A stretch of DNA of 63,379 bases, the filler included, from Hyphochytrium catenoides (lineage: Eukaryota; Protista; Hyphochytriomycota): NCBI GenBank assembly GCA_900088475.1. It is 9 parts of 9 records of this genome, joined end to end, with 100 filler letters (N's around TTAATTAATTAA, not from the genome) between each part and the next. Parts side by side here need not be neighbours in the genome. Positions count along the whole stretch, not along the records: positions 43,677 to 63,379 come from FLMG01001298.1; 8 more parts are not named here. The stretch is one strand, 5' to 3'. Numbering within the stretch: the first letter of the stretch is position 1; each line of letters opens with the position of its first letter. The position numbers and the translations under genes were made by a program. This document shows, one piece after another, positions 48,709 to 61,638 of the stretch. Under the pieces are notes generated by a model. It had not been told where the DNA came from, did not search any database, and saw only the letters and a program-made list of their open reading frames with translations.

Positions 48709-51700
48709 AGACAGATTATGGACCTCCATCTCCTCAAGTTCTCTCTCTATCTGTTTCTGCTGCTGTTCCTCCTCCCGCATAAACTTTAGCTCCTGCTTCT
48801 CTCTATAGATCCGCTGAGCCTCTCTATGAATTCTCTGTTGGTTCTGAAAGATCTTTCGCTCGGCTACAGTGATGAAGGAGACATAAGTGCAACGAGGTAG
48901 ACATAGGCCGAGGGGAGAGGCAGAAGAGAGGGGCCATTGCTCGGAGAGCAGCAGAGTATGAGGAAGAGTAATAGTCCTTGTATATGTTACAATTAAAGAG
49001 AGACGCAGGGGACGAGAGAGGATCAGCGGAGAGAGAGAGGATCAGCGGAGGGAGAACGGAAGGGGAACTCTCGACTACTAACCTTCCTCTTGTCGAGCTT
49101 TCTCCTTCAGCGCTGAATCAGCCAAATCTCTGGCTTCCTTCTTTCTTTGCTCCTCCAGGCATCGCCGTCTTCGTGTGATGAGGTTACCTATGCAGATGTG
49201 AAGTCAGGCCACAGAGACTAGTAGGGCGGTAAGATGATTCAGATTCCAGTCTGAAGAGACAGACGGAGAGAGAGAGACGACGCTTTGGAGACATGCAGCC
49301 GGGGGCAAGGAGGGAACGGAGAAAGACCTTGTTCGTCAAGGTCATAGACTCTCTTCAGCACTGTTCGATCAATGCCCGCTGGTGTGTACACATTCTTGAC
49401 CTTCTCTTGGCATGCCTGAGGTAGAGGTAGAGGGTGAGAAAAGAGATCAGATATCCACGCGATAACTACAACGAGAAGATGAATGGTAAGGGCTAGCAAT
49501 CTGAAAGAAAAAGCGAGAGCGATAAGAGAGAGAGGGTGAGAGAGAGAGAGGGGGGAGAAAGGGAGAGAGATGCGCAGAAGTCGCAGGACTGGATAAGTCA
49601 AAGGAAGGGTCAGCCATGAAGACAGGACAGAGTGTTTGGGACGTCATAAGAGAGAGGAGAGATGTCTTCAGTACGAGTTGCCATACCGCGATCGCTTGTT
49701 CCACTCTTCCTGGGTCGACCGCTCCCAAGGTAAGAGCTTGCTAGTACGACAAGAGATGGACACAGAGAAAGCGAGAGGCAGGCTTTAAGCGACGGGTTGC
49801 AGGGGAGCTAGGGCCAGGGGCCACATGAGATGCATATGGTCGGTTCAGCGTACATCTATAGAACAAGTAAGAAAAGGAGATTGAAGAGCGATAGCCAAGT
49901 AGGTGTCAGGAGCCTAGGGTAAGACGGACTGGAAATTGAGGAGGCTAAAGGTAGAGTTGAGGTGGACAGAGCCGTACCTGCCAATCCTGCATGGCAAGCT
50001 CTGGCTGCCCTAACCTATCATACGCGTCGCCTCTGACCTCATACAGAGCTGCCACCGAACCGTTCGCCCTGGGGAAGAAGAATTGTGTGAGGGAGAGGGA
50101 CCGGTATCTAGAGAGTGCGGGTGAGAGGACGAGAGGCATTAGAGTAAGCAGGTACTGGTGTGAAGCTGGGGGACATCTTCTTTACTCCTGACATGGAGAG
50201 TGTACAAGGCAACCGATGTACCTTATTCCCTCTGTAAGCTCATGAATGGCTTCTGGAATTCTCCCAGCCTTAAGGAGCAGCTTTCCACTGGCAAATCGCA
50301 CGCTAAGAGGGTCAAAGGTGGCCGTCAAAGCGTGATCCAAGTCCTGAAGAGCAGACGAAAGGAGAGAGAGGAGCTCTCCCTCGAGAGTGGAAAGAGATAA
50401 CTCTTTTTCCTACATTCAAGAAGCGTTGTTATTACGCAGATGAAAGGGACATAGACATAACGCATAGGAAGTCGAGCAGGCATACAGGGAGACAAGAAAT
50501 AAGGAGAGAAGAAGAGAGATAGGGAGAGAGACTCTTAACCTAGAGCTCATGGGAGCAAGCTTAAGGAAGAGTGAGTGAGATCCTTGGTATGGACAGAGAG
50601 ACTCCACAGTGGGAGCGATACCTTGAGAAGAGCTGTCTCTTTCTCCATCTCCTCCTTTAGCTGTTCAGCTCTTATTGCAGGGTCCTTTTCTTCTCCTTCG
50701 CCTTCCTTAGTCCCTTGAACTGCGGGGCGTGGGCGTTGTTCGGATCCCTTGCTCTTATCTCTGTTTCTCTTTGCTCTCTGAGCAAGAATCCGTCTAAGGT
50801 GGAGGAGGGATGAGATAAGTGTTGGGGAGGGGCTAGGTAGCAAACAGCGAGGACTCCTATGGCATGTTCAGAAGGGAAGGCCAAAAAGAGAGCAAGGAGC
50901 CTACGGGGAAGGACTCACACTTGCTGGCTCTTATTTCTAATCGAGTCCTCAAGTTCCGCTGCCCTGACGCTTTCTTCATCGATCTTTTGACGGCACTCCA
51001 CGTACTGGAGGCGAGTTGCAGCGTAAGAAGCCGTACCAGTCATGAGTCAAGAATATGTCTAAGCGCTGTTATAGTTCGGTGAAGGAGCGTGTTTGAAAAG
51101 GCCCAAAAAGAGGCCAGAGGCTAGGCGGCCTGGGATTTGAGAGCTGAAGCGCATCTGCTGTCCCTTCCTCACCTTTGCCGCCCTGGCTATTCCTCGGTGA
51201 AAGAACGCCGCCCCCAGAAGGGTCCGACCTTCTCCAAGCAGAGTCGTGGCGTCCAATGGGTCAGGAATAGCCTAAGGAAGAACTTGGGAGTTAGAAAGAA
51301 TATCCATTGTCTCTCTACTAGGGAGGCTAGGAGAGAGACGCATTGGACTACTCCTTCCGAGAGGAAGGGAACACTGGTAATAGTGAGAGTGAGACAGAGA
51401 GAGCGAGAACGTAAGAGCGACGCAAGTGTGAGAGAGATTGAGAGCCGGTGAGACAGGGCGAGTGCAGAAGGCAGATTTGAACAAGAAACCAGGAAGTACT
51501 GAGACAAGAGACTGTTCGTCCTACCTTTGAAAAGCAGGAAATTGCGGCGTCAAAGCGGTGGCGAAGGAGATGGTCCTGTCCTCGGCAGATCTCTCGCCCT
51601 ACAGAAAAGAGACAGACAAGCACGAGGGAAACCAGCGCACGGAGGGAAGGACGCGGACGGGGAGATACCATTATGATGAAGCAGGCAAAGCACACAAAGA

Positions 51701-54700
51701 GTAGGGTGAATGATGGTGGTCAAAGAACGAGCCGTCATCTGCAGCTCTAAATCTTCTTGCACAGCTTAATCGCGTCGAGCCTGTCCAACATAGAGATAAG
51801 CGCTCTCTCTTCCTCTGGTTAGTGGACTGAGCTGGATCACATCTTTTTCCCTCTGTCTCTCTGCCTCTCTCTCTTCTCCCTCCGTGTCTCTATATTTGAC
51901 TGACCTTCCCGTCCTTTCTCTATGCTGAGATCAATGTCGAGGGCGTCTTTAATAGGGTTTCCCGTCATATTGAAGTGAAAGAGTCGATTCTCCATAAGAG
52001 AAGTCATCTGAAGGTGAGAGGGATGCGTAAGAGAGAAGACAAATTACAAGGAAAGAGGTGCCTAACTCGAAGAGACAGGGGACCGAGGCAGACGAGGAAA
52101 CGAGAGACGATGAACACTAGGACTCAGAGGGCCGTACGACCCAAGAAAAAGAGAGAACGCAACCCAGAGGGCCCTAGGAATGGCAGAACGAGACAAAAGG
52201 AATAGTGCATGAGACTGGCAAGAAGAGTGAGAAGACGAAGGAGAGACACTCTTTACCTGCCGTGGGGTGGCGGTGAAGCGATTGAAAGAGAGATCCACTC
52301 TCTGAAGGTTCGGGAGAAGAGCCAAAGAGTCCGGCAGCGAGGTGAGAGCATTGTGGCTGAGATTCAAACTTTCCAAGGCCACCAGGTTGCCTGTAGGGGA
52401 CGAAAGCCATAGACGTGGAGAGAGAAGAAGAGAGAGAGAGAGAGACAGAGAGACAGAGAGTGAGTCTCAGACATAAGACGTACCCAGCTCATACCACTAA
52501 CTAAACAACATTATAAAGAGGGAAGAAGACTGAAGAACCTCACGAGTAGGCGGCGGCTAAGAGGAAGGGGACGGAGGCTGGAAGGTTTGCGTTTCTACAA
52601 GTCACTCAGTTGGCTGAAGGGATTAGGGGACTGGTACCACGAAATTGTTTGTCAAGAGTGAAAAAGAGATGGGCGAGAGAGGGGAAAGAAAAAAGAGAGA
52701 GAGAGGAAAAGACAGAGAAAAAGAGAGAGGGAAAGAGAGCAAAAGAGAGAGAACGAGGAGAAGCAAGAGAGAGAGAATAAGCGAGACTGACCAACACAAG
52801 GCTCTATTGTTGCAACCAGGTTGTGATCCAGTGCCAGTACTTTGAGGTGGTCAAAGGCTCCCACGCAGCGGGGAAACGCGGAGATAGAGTTGTACGACAG
52901 CGATAACTCCTCCATCTCTAAAGGAAAGTGGGAAGTGGGAGAGAATGAGGAGAAGGAGATAAGGAGGAAGAAACAGACCGTTAGGTTTAATGAGCTATCC
53001 CTAACAAAAGGAGAGAGAGAACTGGACAACACAGCGTTCATAGGAGAGACTTTTGCAAAGCGGCAGAGTTTAGAGAGCTTAGCTCCCGTTACCGCGTGCA
53101 GCAAGTGGAAGAGATAAGAAGAAGACACAGATCCTCGACCCTGGAGGTGATTGGGGATAGGCCTGGGAAGGTGAGGAGAAGAGGCGTGGGAAGAGGAGAC
53201 ACCTGTCAGACTGGCGAGGTCATCGGCAAGACTCTCCAGTTGATTGTGGTTCAGATTCAACCTTACCAACCTCTTGCATTCCTTCAAGTCTGTGGGCAAG
53301 CTGCATGGCATTAAGAAGGATAACGACATCAGCATGAACGCAAGGAGAAAGAGCATCAGAGAAACCGTCATATTGTTGGACTAAAGAGAGAGAGGAGTTT
53401 CAGAGACGTTGGCTTCTGAAGCGTGTCATGAACGGGAGAGAATGCAGCTCATAGAAAAAGCGAGAGGCATCTAGATAACGAAGTGAAAAATGGCAAGGGC
53501 TAGACCGAGAGAGACAGACACTACTAGAGAGAGTTAGAAAATAAGGAGAAAAAAAGGTCGATCGAAAGTCCCTAGATATTGCCGCTGCGAAATAGGTAGA
53601 GGCGGAGTTTCTGACTGACTTTGCTAACTCATTGTGCTGCAGATGCGCCTCTTTCAGACGCTGCAGCCTTCCGAACTTGTTCGGCAGTTGCTTGAGAACA
53701 TTGTGCGAGAAGTCAAGAGAGAGAAGAGGGAGAGTAGATAGAGAAGGTGGGAGTAGCTTGAGGCGATTGTTCGATCCATTAATGCTCTTCAAGGCTACAT
53801 ATACGGGAGAGGCAGGTAAGGAAAGAGCGGGTGAGAGTCAAACGAGACGCATCTCAATCGAACTAGAACAGGTCTAGAAAGAAATGACAAGGGCGGGCCG
53901 GTAGCGAGGAGAAGGGGACTGACTAGGTTTTCAAGATCGTAAAAGGGCTGTTGTCTGGAGTACTCAGCCAACAAAGGCGTGAGGATGTGGAAGAAGGAAT
54001 AGAAGAGCGAAATGCGAAGAGCAATCTCTCGCTCTATAGCCATCACTCTCACCCGAGAGCCCTTCCATAGAGAGAGGGAGAATGCTGATGCGGTTGTGCG
54101 AGAATGAGAGATGCTCCAAGGAGGAAAGGAGACAGATGTCGTCTCCAAGCTCTTCCAGCTTGTTATGATCGAGACACAGCTTGCGGAGAGCGGGCAGAGA
54201 CCCCAATCTGTGACACACCGAGAAGGGAAATAGCGAGGTCAAGGTGCAGAGTCGTCGCCAAGAATAGGGAGAGAGAGCGTTATGTTGTGCATACAAAGCA
54301 GGATAATGTTCATCAAGAAGCGATGCACCGTCTAGCCAAAATTGGCAACAGCAATGAGGCGAGAGAGTAGGATGAAGTTGCTAACTGACTCTGGTGGCAG
54401 TGCTTCTAGCTCGTTGTGCGAAAGATCGAGGACTGTGAGGGCCTGCATTGCTTTGACCTCAGGGGGAAGAAGAGAGAGCAAGTTCCAGGAGAGATCCATA
54501 TCTTGCAGTGAAGCCAGTCCAGACAGCTCTGCGATGAGGCAAGTTCAATGAATAGAATGAATGCCACCTTCGTAGATGACGATCGGAAAGAAGCTAGCAA
54601 AGGACAAGAAGAGTTATCAGGAGAGAGCATACAGAGCATTATAGATTGAGTCGGAATGGGAAGGTGAGCCAGCACAGAGAACGAATTGAGGGGAAGATTA

Positions 54701-55747
54701 AGAAGTGCGCGAATGAACTGTACCTGCCGGAGACAACTCCTTGATCTTATTTCCCTGGAGCCTGAGAGTGACGAGAGGGCAGCGCCCCAGCTGCTCCGGC
54801 AGTGCTTCCAAGAGGTTATGCGAAAGGTCCAGCAGAGACAAAGACTTCATCAGACCAATGCCAACCTGTGTTGCAAGGAAGCGCAGGGGCAAGTTAGCCA
54901 AAGGAGCGTGTAATAAGAAGTCGACAGAAGTGGACGAAAGCCAACGTCTTTGAGTGCAGCCCAGAGGCGTTTTTCAGGAGGGAAGAGAGGACACTTGGAG
55001 AGCTAAAGACTGACCGCGCGAGAGAGAACACGAGAGAGGAAGGAGAGTCTGATCAGTAGCGTAAAGAAAGGGGAAAGAAGAGACAGCATTAATGCTCTCT
55101 TATCATTTAAACATCCTCTCACCTCCCACGCTGCAGTCTCCTTCAGGAGTTGTAAGTCTCCAACGACAATAGGAAGAGAGGGAAGAAGATTATGTTGCCC
55201 ATACATTTCCTTCAAAGTTTTCAGTTTCCAGAGCCGCACCGGAAGGGTGCGAAGCTGATTGTGAGAGAAGCTGAAGGTTTCTAGCGCCGTAAGTCTCTCG
55301 ATGCAGACAGGGATATGCCGCAGATGGTTATGAGAAACGTCCAGCTATGGGAGTTAAGCAAAGGCAAAGATATGGAGGAAAGACAAGACCAAGAGAGAGA
55401 GAGAGAGGAGTAGATAAGAAACGGACCCAAGAGCACGGGAGAAGACAAAGATTACATGGACGACCACGAGAAGAGGAAGAGCGGTGTAGAGAAAGGAGGG
55501 GAGGACACGGGGTGTGAGATTACTAGCAAGGGAGCAGGAGAGAGATGAGGGACTCGTCAACGGAAGTGATTTGGAACTATGCGTAGGGAGGAGTAGGCCA
55601 GGGAGGAGCTTTGGATGTAATCTTAGAATAAAGACTGACCCGGTAACCGCAGAAATGCAAAATTCAGGACGGAATGAAGACTAAGAGCGAGAAAGAAAGA
55701 GAGAGGAAGAGGGAGAAAGAAAGCAAAAGAGGCAGAAAGAAAGCAAA

Positions 55748-55804
<57 letters not shown>

Positions 55805-58800
55805 AAGGAAGGTAAAGTCGAGGTCACGCACCTGCTTCAAAGACTTAAGATCTTGAATCGAGGACGATAAATGTGTGAGTTCGTTCTGTTTAAGAGAGAG
55901 CGACTCCAAGGAGCTCAAGTTCCAGACTCGAGAAGATATCTTCCTCGCCCCACAGCCAGAGAGATCCAACGCTTTCACACTTCCAGTTGCATGCTCAAGA
56001 TCTTCTGCAGCGTCTACCAAAGCCTGGCAAAGCCCACGGCAGGCAAGGAATGCGGACAACAGTAAGTGCTTGGGAATAAAAGAAGCACCGGGGAATCCAG
56101 GAAGAGCACGTCGAACTCAAAGAGAAGAGGACTCGGCCTATAAGACTAATGAGGAAGAGTTGGACACCATGAAGAAGCTGGCAGCCTAAGTTCCTACCTG
56201 AATCTTGGATCGAGGTTGCCGCCTTCCTTTGACATCTCTAGCTCTGGATGCTGATGTACCCGGTCGGTTCGGCCTCCCCTTCCCTCTACTTCCCGCACCC
56301 CCTTCTCTCTCTCCCTCTCCCTCGTTTCTTCCCTCCATTTCTGGTGGTTGATCCCATGTGAACTCTCCCGTCTCCACGTTATGATAAAAGTAGCTTTCTG
56401 AAGACGCGTCCTGAAACTCTTTCCAGCATCCTCTCTCGCGGATCAAGAGTCCTTGCCTTTCTCTCTCCTCCCAGTTGCTGCCCTGGATCGGTTGGTCAGC
56501 GTCATCCACGTCTTCTAAGCCAAGACCCTTAGGCTTGACCCTATTGGGCGATAAGGTTAGGACAGAGCGACGGAGAGAGTCATAACTCGTCGAGAGAAGG
56601 CAGTGGGAGCCCCTTCTGGAAGAGAACTAGCGGGAGAATTACGGGGAACGAGAGAGAAAACGAGGGAACACCTACAACTGGATCCGGTTCATGAGTGAGA
56701 CAACGATGTGACGGTCGGAAACAGAAGAGGGGTTACCTACCATGTGGAGGTATTGGTCATAGTGTTATAATAGTAATATGAGCCGCTCACAGGGTCAAAC
56801 ACTTTCTCCACTGTGCCCCGAATCAGCTTCAGCATCTGGCGTCGGGAGAGGATCTGCCTCCAGAAGCACTGGAGCTGCATGAGGGCGTCGGAGACAAGAA
56901 AGAGTTTAGGGTGGCTTAGGAAGAAGAGAAGAGGTGGTAAAGAGAGACAGAGAGATAAGGAGCGAAGATCGTCAATGGCTAGAAGAAGAGCCACTCTTTG
57001 AGTAGAAGCAAAGAGGGAGAAGGGTAGGTATGACTGAGGACAGGAGGAAGAAGAGCGTAACACATGATAAGCTTTGAGAAGCAGTCGAAAACATTAGGAC
57101 GACAGAGATGTTAGGGTCGTCAACCTCCTGGCAAAGACAATGGACGCTGAGTGAGGACACCAGGATAGAGAAAGGATGCAAGAAGAGGGAGAGAGTGAGT
57201 ACCCTTATTGCAGCAGTCTCTCTTGTCAGCGAGGACATTTTCGAGAACGACACAGGCACAGAACCCCTGGCCATTGACTGCCGCTTCATTGGTTGAGAAA
57301 GTGCCTGAGGTCTCGACCAGCTAGACTGGCCGGTGCTAAAGTTCAGGACGGAGTTAAATGCATGGTGGGAGGCCGACAATGATTGTGCAGAAAGACCCTA
57401 CCGCTGGTTAAAGTAGTATTTGTTCCCGCTCACTGGGTCCACCACTTCCTCCCAGACTTCATCAGCCCACCCATGAGACAACGTGCGACTGACTCCGCCC
57501 TGCCGACTGTCTTTGCCGGTCTATGACGCCAAGGTAAGTGGGGGAGACACAGACAGAAAAGCCGTTATGGTGGGGGCAAGAGAGAGGATTATTAGGAAGA
57601 GTACAGGGGAAAGAGGAAAGAAGCCCGAAGGCCAATGAGTGAGCCGTGAGGAGAAAAGACATTGCATACGACTATTGATGACGGTACAAAGGGTAGACAA
57701 GCGAAGATTTACGGACGAAGCGGGGAGAGATGTTCTGCTTACGTTTCTCCGCTCTGGAGCAGGAGTAGGAAAGGATTCCTCTAGCTCTTCTGTCCCTAAG
57801 AGCTTCGGCTTCTTCCTGGAGAGAGGAAGGACATTGAAGTGAGAGTCAAGAGAAACGTTAGCGAGAAGTGACAATGCAGTCAGACAGCAGCAGATAGAGG
57901 GAAGTGACCAGACAGCAGGGAGCGCTTCTCCGTATCGTTCTCATATAGCCTCTATTGCCTCTCCTTCTTCAGTCTTTTCTTCCCTTCCTTATCATGCTCC
58001 CTATCTAAGTTCTCTTTCTCTTTCTTCTCTCCGCGCAACTCTTGCCGCCTACCAGGTAGACTGTCCTGTCTTCTGGTTATAATAATAGTAAAGGCCTGAG
58101 CTTGGGTCTTCCACTTTTTCATAGATCCCGCGGAGCAACCGCCGAATCTTCCCTCTTGCCAGGACCTGGCGAATAAAGCCCTGGATCTGGAGAGACAGAC
58201 ATCAGAGAGAGAGACAGACAGACAGACAGAGAGAGATATACAGGATGAGAGAAAAGAGAGAGACAGAGAGAAAGACAGAGAGAGAGAGAGAAATTGACGA
58301 GAACCAGCAGATAAGCGAAGGCGTGAGAAGAGACTGCGATAGAGTAGAGAGAGTCTTCAGAAAGAACGCCGTCGGAGGAAGGAATAGGACATGAAGAAGG
58401 ACCAAGTAGATCATTGGCCCCTTTGCGATTTTGACGCTGATCGAGTTTAAGAGATTTCCCTGAGGAGAGGAAGAGAGAAAGAAAGAGAGACCACACATTA
58501 GAAGCAAGTCAAGAGGGATGACTATAGGCAACCTTGACAATAGCCTCATCCTCGGTCAGTGCAGCCTTCGAAAGAGTCATGCTGCCGACACGTGGCGGTG
58601 AGAAGGACGATATGCCCGTGCTAGATTGACCCACATTTGGCAAAAAGGAAAAGGGGAGAGCAGGAGTTAGCAACCAAGAGCAACGATTACGAGCGAGCAT
58701 AGAAAGAATGGAGGAGAGATAGGGGCAAACCGATAGAGATTGCGAGGTTAGAGTTCGAAAGGAGTTAGAGGCAGTTAAGTGACGCATATAGCCTACACTG

Positions 58801-60056
58801 TGTCATAGTAGTAGACCTCTCCTGACGTCTCGTCATAGATTTCCTCCCAGCCCTCAGGCGCTAGCTTTCCCGACGGCAGAGTGATGACAGGGCGGGATGC
58901 AGCCGGAGGGAGCTCGTACTGAGACAACATCAGGCTGACGAGGTTCAAAGGAAAAAGTCAGTAAGGAGGTAGGGAAGACAGAGGAGATCCAAATGAGAAG
59001 CATGGACGTAAAGATGGAGACAAAGCGCAAAAGGACAAGAAGGACGGAGCGTGGAAAGACCAGCAAGCAAGGAGAAGAGAGGAGAAGAGTGCTGGGCGAG
59101 AGAGATAAATGAGGTTTGACACTGATAGAAGAGAAAAAAGGGGCAAATGCGCTTCAGATATCACAGAGTGCTTCAGCAGGAGAAAAAAAACAAAGAGAGG
59201 AACAGAGGGGTTTGCACAAGAGAGTATGAAGAGACAGAGAGACAGAACGAGGAGAATTGGCGTTGGAGAGATACGAGAGAGAGTATATATATAGAGAGAG
59301 AGTAGAGAGGGAGAAAGAGAGAGATAGTAGGGAGAGAGAGAGCGAGAGAGGTAGAGAGACAGACAGAGAGAGAAAGAGATTAACAGAGAGAGAGGAAAAA
59401 GAAAGAAGAGAGAAAGCGAGATGGAGAGAGAGAAGAGAGAGAGAGAGCGAGACACGACCGACAGAAGCAGCACAGTTTCTTACTCCTGATTGTAATAGTA
59501 CGTATGGAGCTCATCGTCCAGAGCGGCTGCCCACCCAGGAGGGAGAGAAGGCTGAGGATACTGCAGAGAGAGCTCCCTCGTCCTAAAGGCGCCATCACCA
59601 AGGAAGCGAGAGAGAGTGAGAGAGCGAGAGCGAGAGGTGTTGAAGAAGAAAGTCTGTGTGTTGGCTGCAGAGAGAGAATGAGGGAGAGAACGCAGGTACT
59701 CGCCAAGACAGAAAGTGGTTAGGCCGGACAACAGATAAAGAGGAAGGACTAGAAGTATCACTGCTAGGGTGGCGGGGAGCTTATTAGGGCTAAGGGAAGC
59801 AGCGGAGTCACGAACAACCATGAGACAGAGCGGAGCAGTAGAGGCAGAAAGGACTAGCACCAACTGCAGGACGGAAGAGATGCCAACCGAGACAAGTGAG
59901 ACGTGAAGAGAGGACACTGGGGATGATGTTATGAGAAGAGAAAAGGAAGCCACAAAGAGAACAAAGACCGAACCTGGTGTTCCTGAACTGTGGCTTCTTC
60001 GTGCGAGGATCTACCTCTAGCACCCAGCCGGCTGCCAGGTGTACTGAGCTCTCCAT
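48095..60056 (-). CDS. Large multidomain protein: ~7 WW-like domains with 2 IQ motifs, ~20 LRRs, TPR-like repeats, charged coiled coil and RG-rich tail
   Basis: WW: LPPGWAAALDDELHTYYYNQ, EGWEEIYDETSGEVYYYD, WKEFQDASSESYFYHNVETGEFTWDQP. IQ: IQACIRQVLAR, LQCFWRQILSRR. LRR: LxLxxNxL units across 51950-56023. TPR-like: AAFFHRGIARA, ALYEVRGDAYDRLGQPELAMQDW. In-frame GT-AG joins link the blocks. The start codon is uncertain. Confidence 0.8.
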
Positions 60057-61638
60057 AAGGAGCTGAAGGGGCTGCGTATAGAAAGAGGCAGGAGCTATAG
60101 AGAGAATAGGGGATGAAATGTCGAGATAGAGGGAAAGAAGGAGGCAGTCTGGTCGCCGTCTGGAGGCGTCATTGCAGTGGCACTGAGCGTCCTGGCCGTC
60201 CTTGCTTTCTCTTTCTCGCTCATCTGTCAGGGACCCTTAAGCCCGAGCCGTAGACAGACGGAGAGAGAGCGGCCTTGAGAGTCATGGTCACTAAGACTCG
60301 ATAATACTTTCTTTGCCCAGAAGCCCACGTTGCTTCTCATGCGGGTTAGCATCTTCCTCTTCCCTCTTCCCGCAGTACAGGTAACACTGTCAGACTGTCC
60401 CNNNNNNNNNNNNNNNNNNNNNNNNNNNNNNNNNNNNNNNNNNNNNNNNNNNNNNNNNNNNNNNNNNNNNNNNNNNNNNNNNNNNNNNNNNNNNNNNNNN
60501 NNNNNNNNNNNNNNNNNNNNNNNNNNNNNNNNNNNNNNNNNNNNNNNNNNNNNNNNNNNNNNNNNNNNNNNNNNNNNNNNNNNNNNNNNNNNNNNNNNNN
60601 NNNNNNNNNNNNNNNNNNNNNNNNNNNNNNNNNNNNNNNNNNNNNNNNNNNNNNNNNNNNNTCCTCTTCTCTTTTTTCAAGCCCTTCTTCCTTCAACAAC
60701 TCTTCGCCCCATCCTCCTGGAGGACTCCTGGAACCTTTCAGGTCCAGGAGGAGGACTCCAGAAGACCACACTCCAGCTCCTGGGGAAGCACTGAAGCCAA
60801 ATGCTTCGAACTATGCAGAGAGACCAGAGCCAGTTTTTGAGATCTGTGCAGATCTGCAGACGCTGGACGATGAGATGATGAAGATTTTTCCTTGAGACAT
60901 TGATCTTGCCCCAGACAATGCTTTCGTTTTATTAACCTCATCCCGAACGGATCTTACAGAGTGATAGTAGCGCCAAGAAAATGATGACTTCTTGAGAACC
61001 TTCGGGAACATAGTCAATGGCCTGATGTTCCAGGTACGTACAGCTGTCAGCTGGGCCTGTGCTATTCTCTCTCGGCTATGGCAGAAGCCTGGCCCTTTTT
61101 GAAAAGTGCCACTGGGGATGTGAATGTGTACTGAAGAGTGGAAGGCTTTAGACATTCATCCACCGATAGGAACTATTTTATTACCTCCAGCTCAACATAT
61201 GGGTCCACTTACAGAAGAGAAAGGAAGAAGGAGCCAAAATGAGATAGAAGAGCAGACAGGCTAGTTAGTGATAGTATCAAAGGTGTAACCACTGAGCAAT
61301 AGAAGTGGATAAATTGCAGCGGAGTTTCTAGTGCTGAGTGTTTTCAAAGAGCTGACGCCCGCCCAACCAGTTCCGCCCGAAGCAGGCCAATGAGGACGAT
61401 CCCAAAGGCCTCTAGAGATTGTGGCATTGAGGGGCAAATTAATTCTTACATTTTTTGAGCTGAGTAAGGTGCTCTTATAAGAAAAGAGCTAAGAGTAGCG
61501 GGAAAACTGGATCAGAGAGTGTGGCGCCGCGCGCCCAAGCCACTCTTTCCTCATCCTAGTATACATATTATATATATATACTGCAGGCAATGATATTATG
61601 AACTCTTCTTCTTCTTCTCTCTTCTTTCTAGCTTTTTA

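Noticed and set aside
60662-61160. 114-aa minus-strand ORF upstream of the WW-LRR gene
   Set aside because: No recognisable domain, and the adjacent N gap prevents linking it to the downstream gene.
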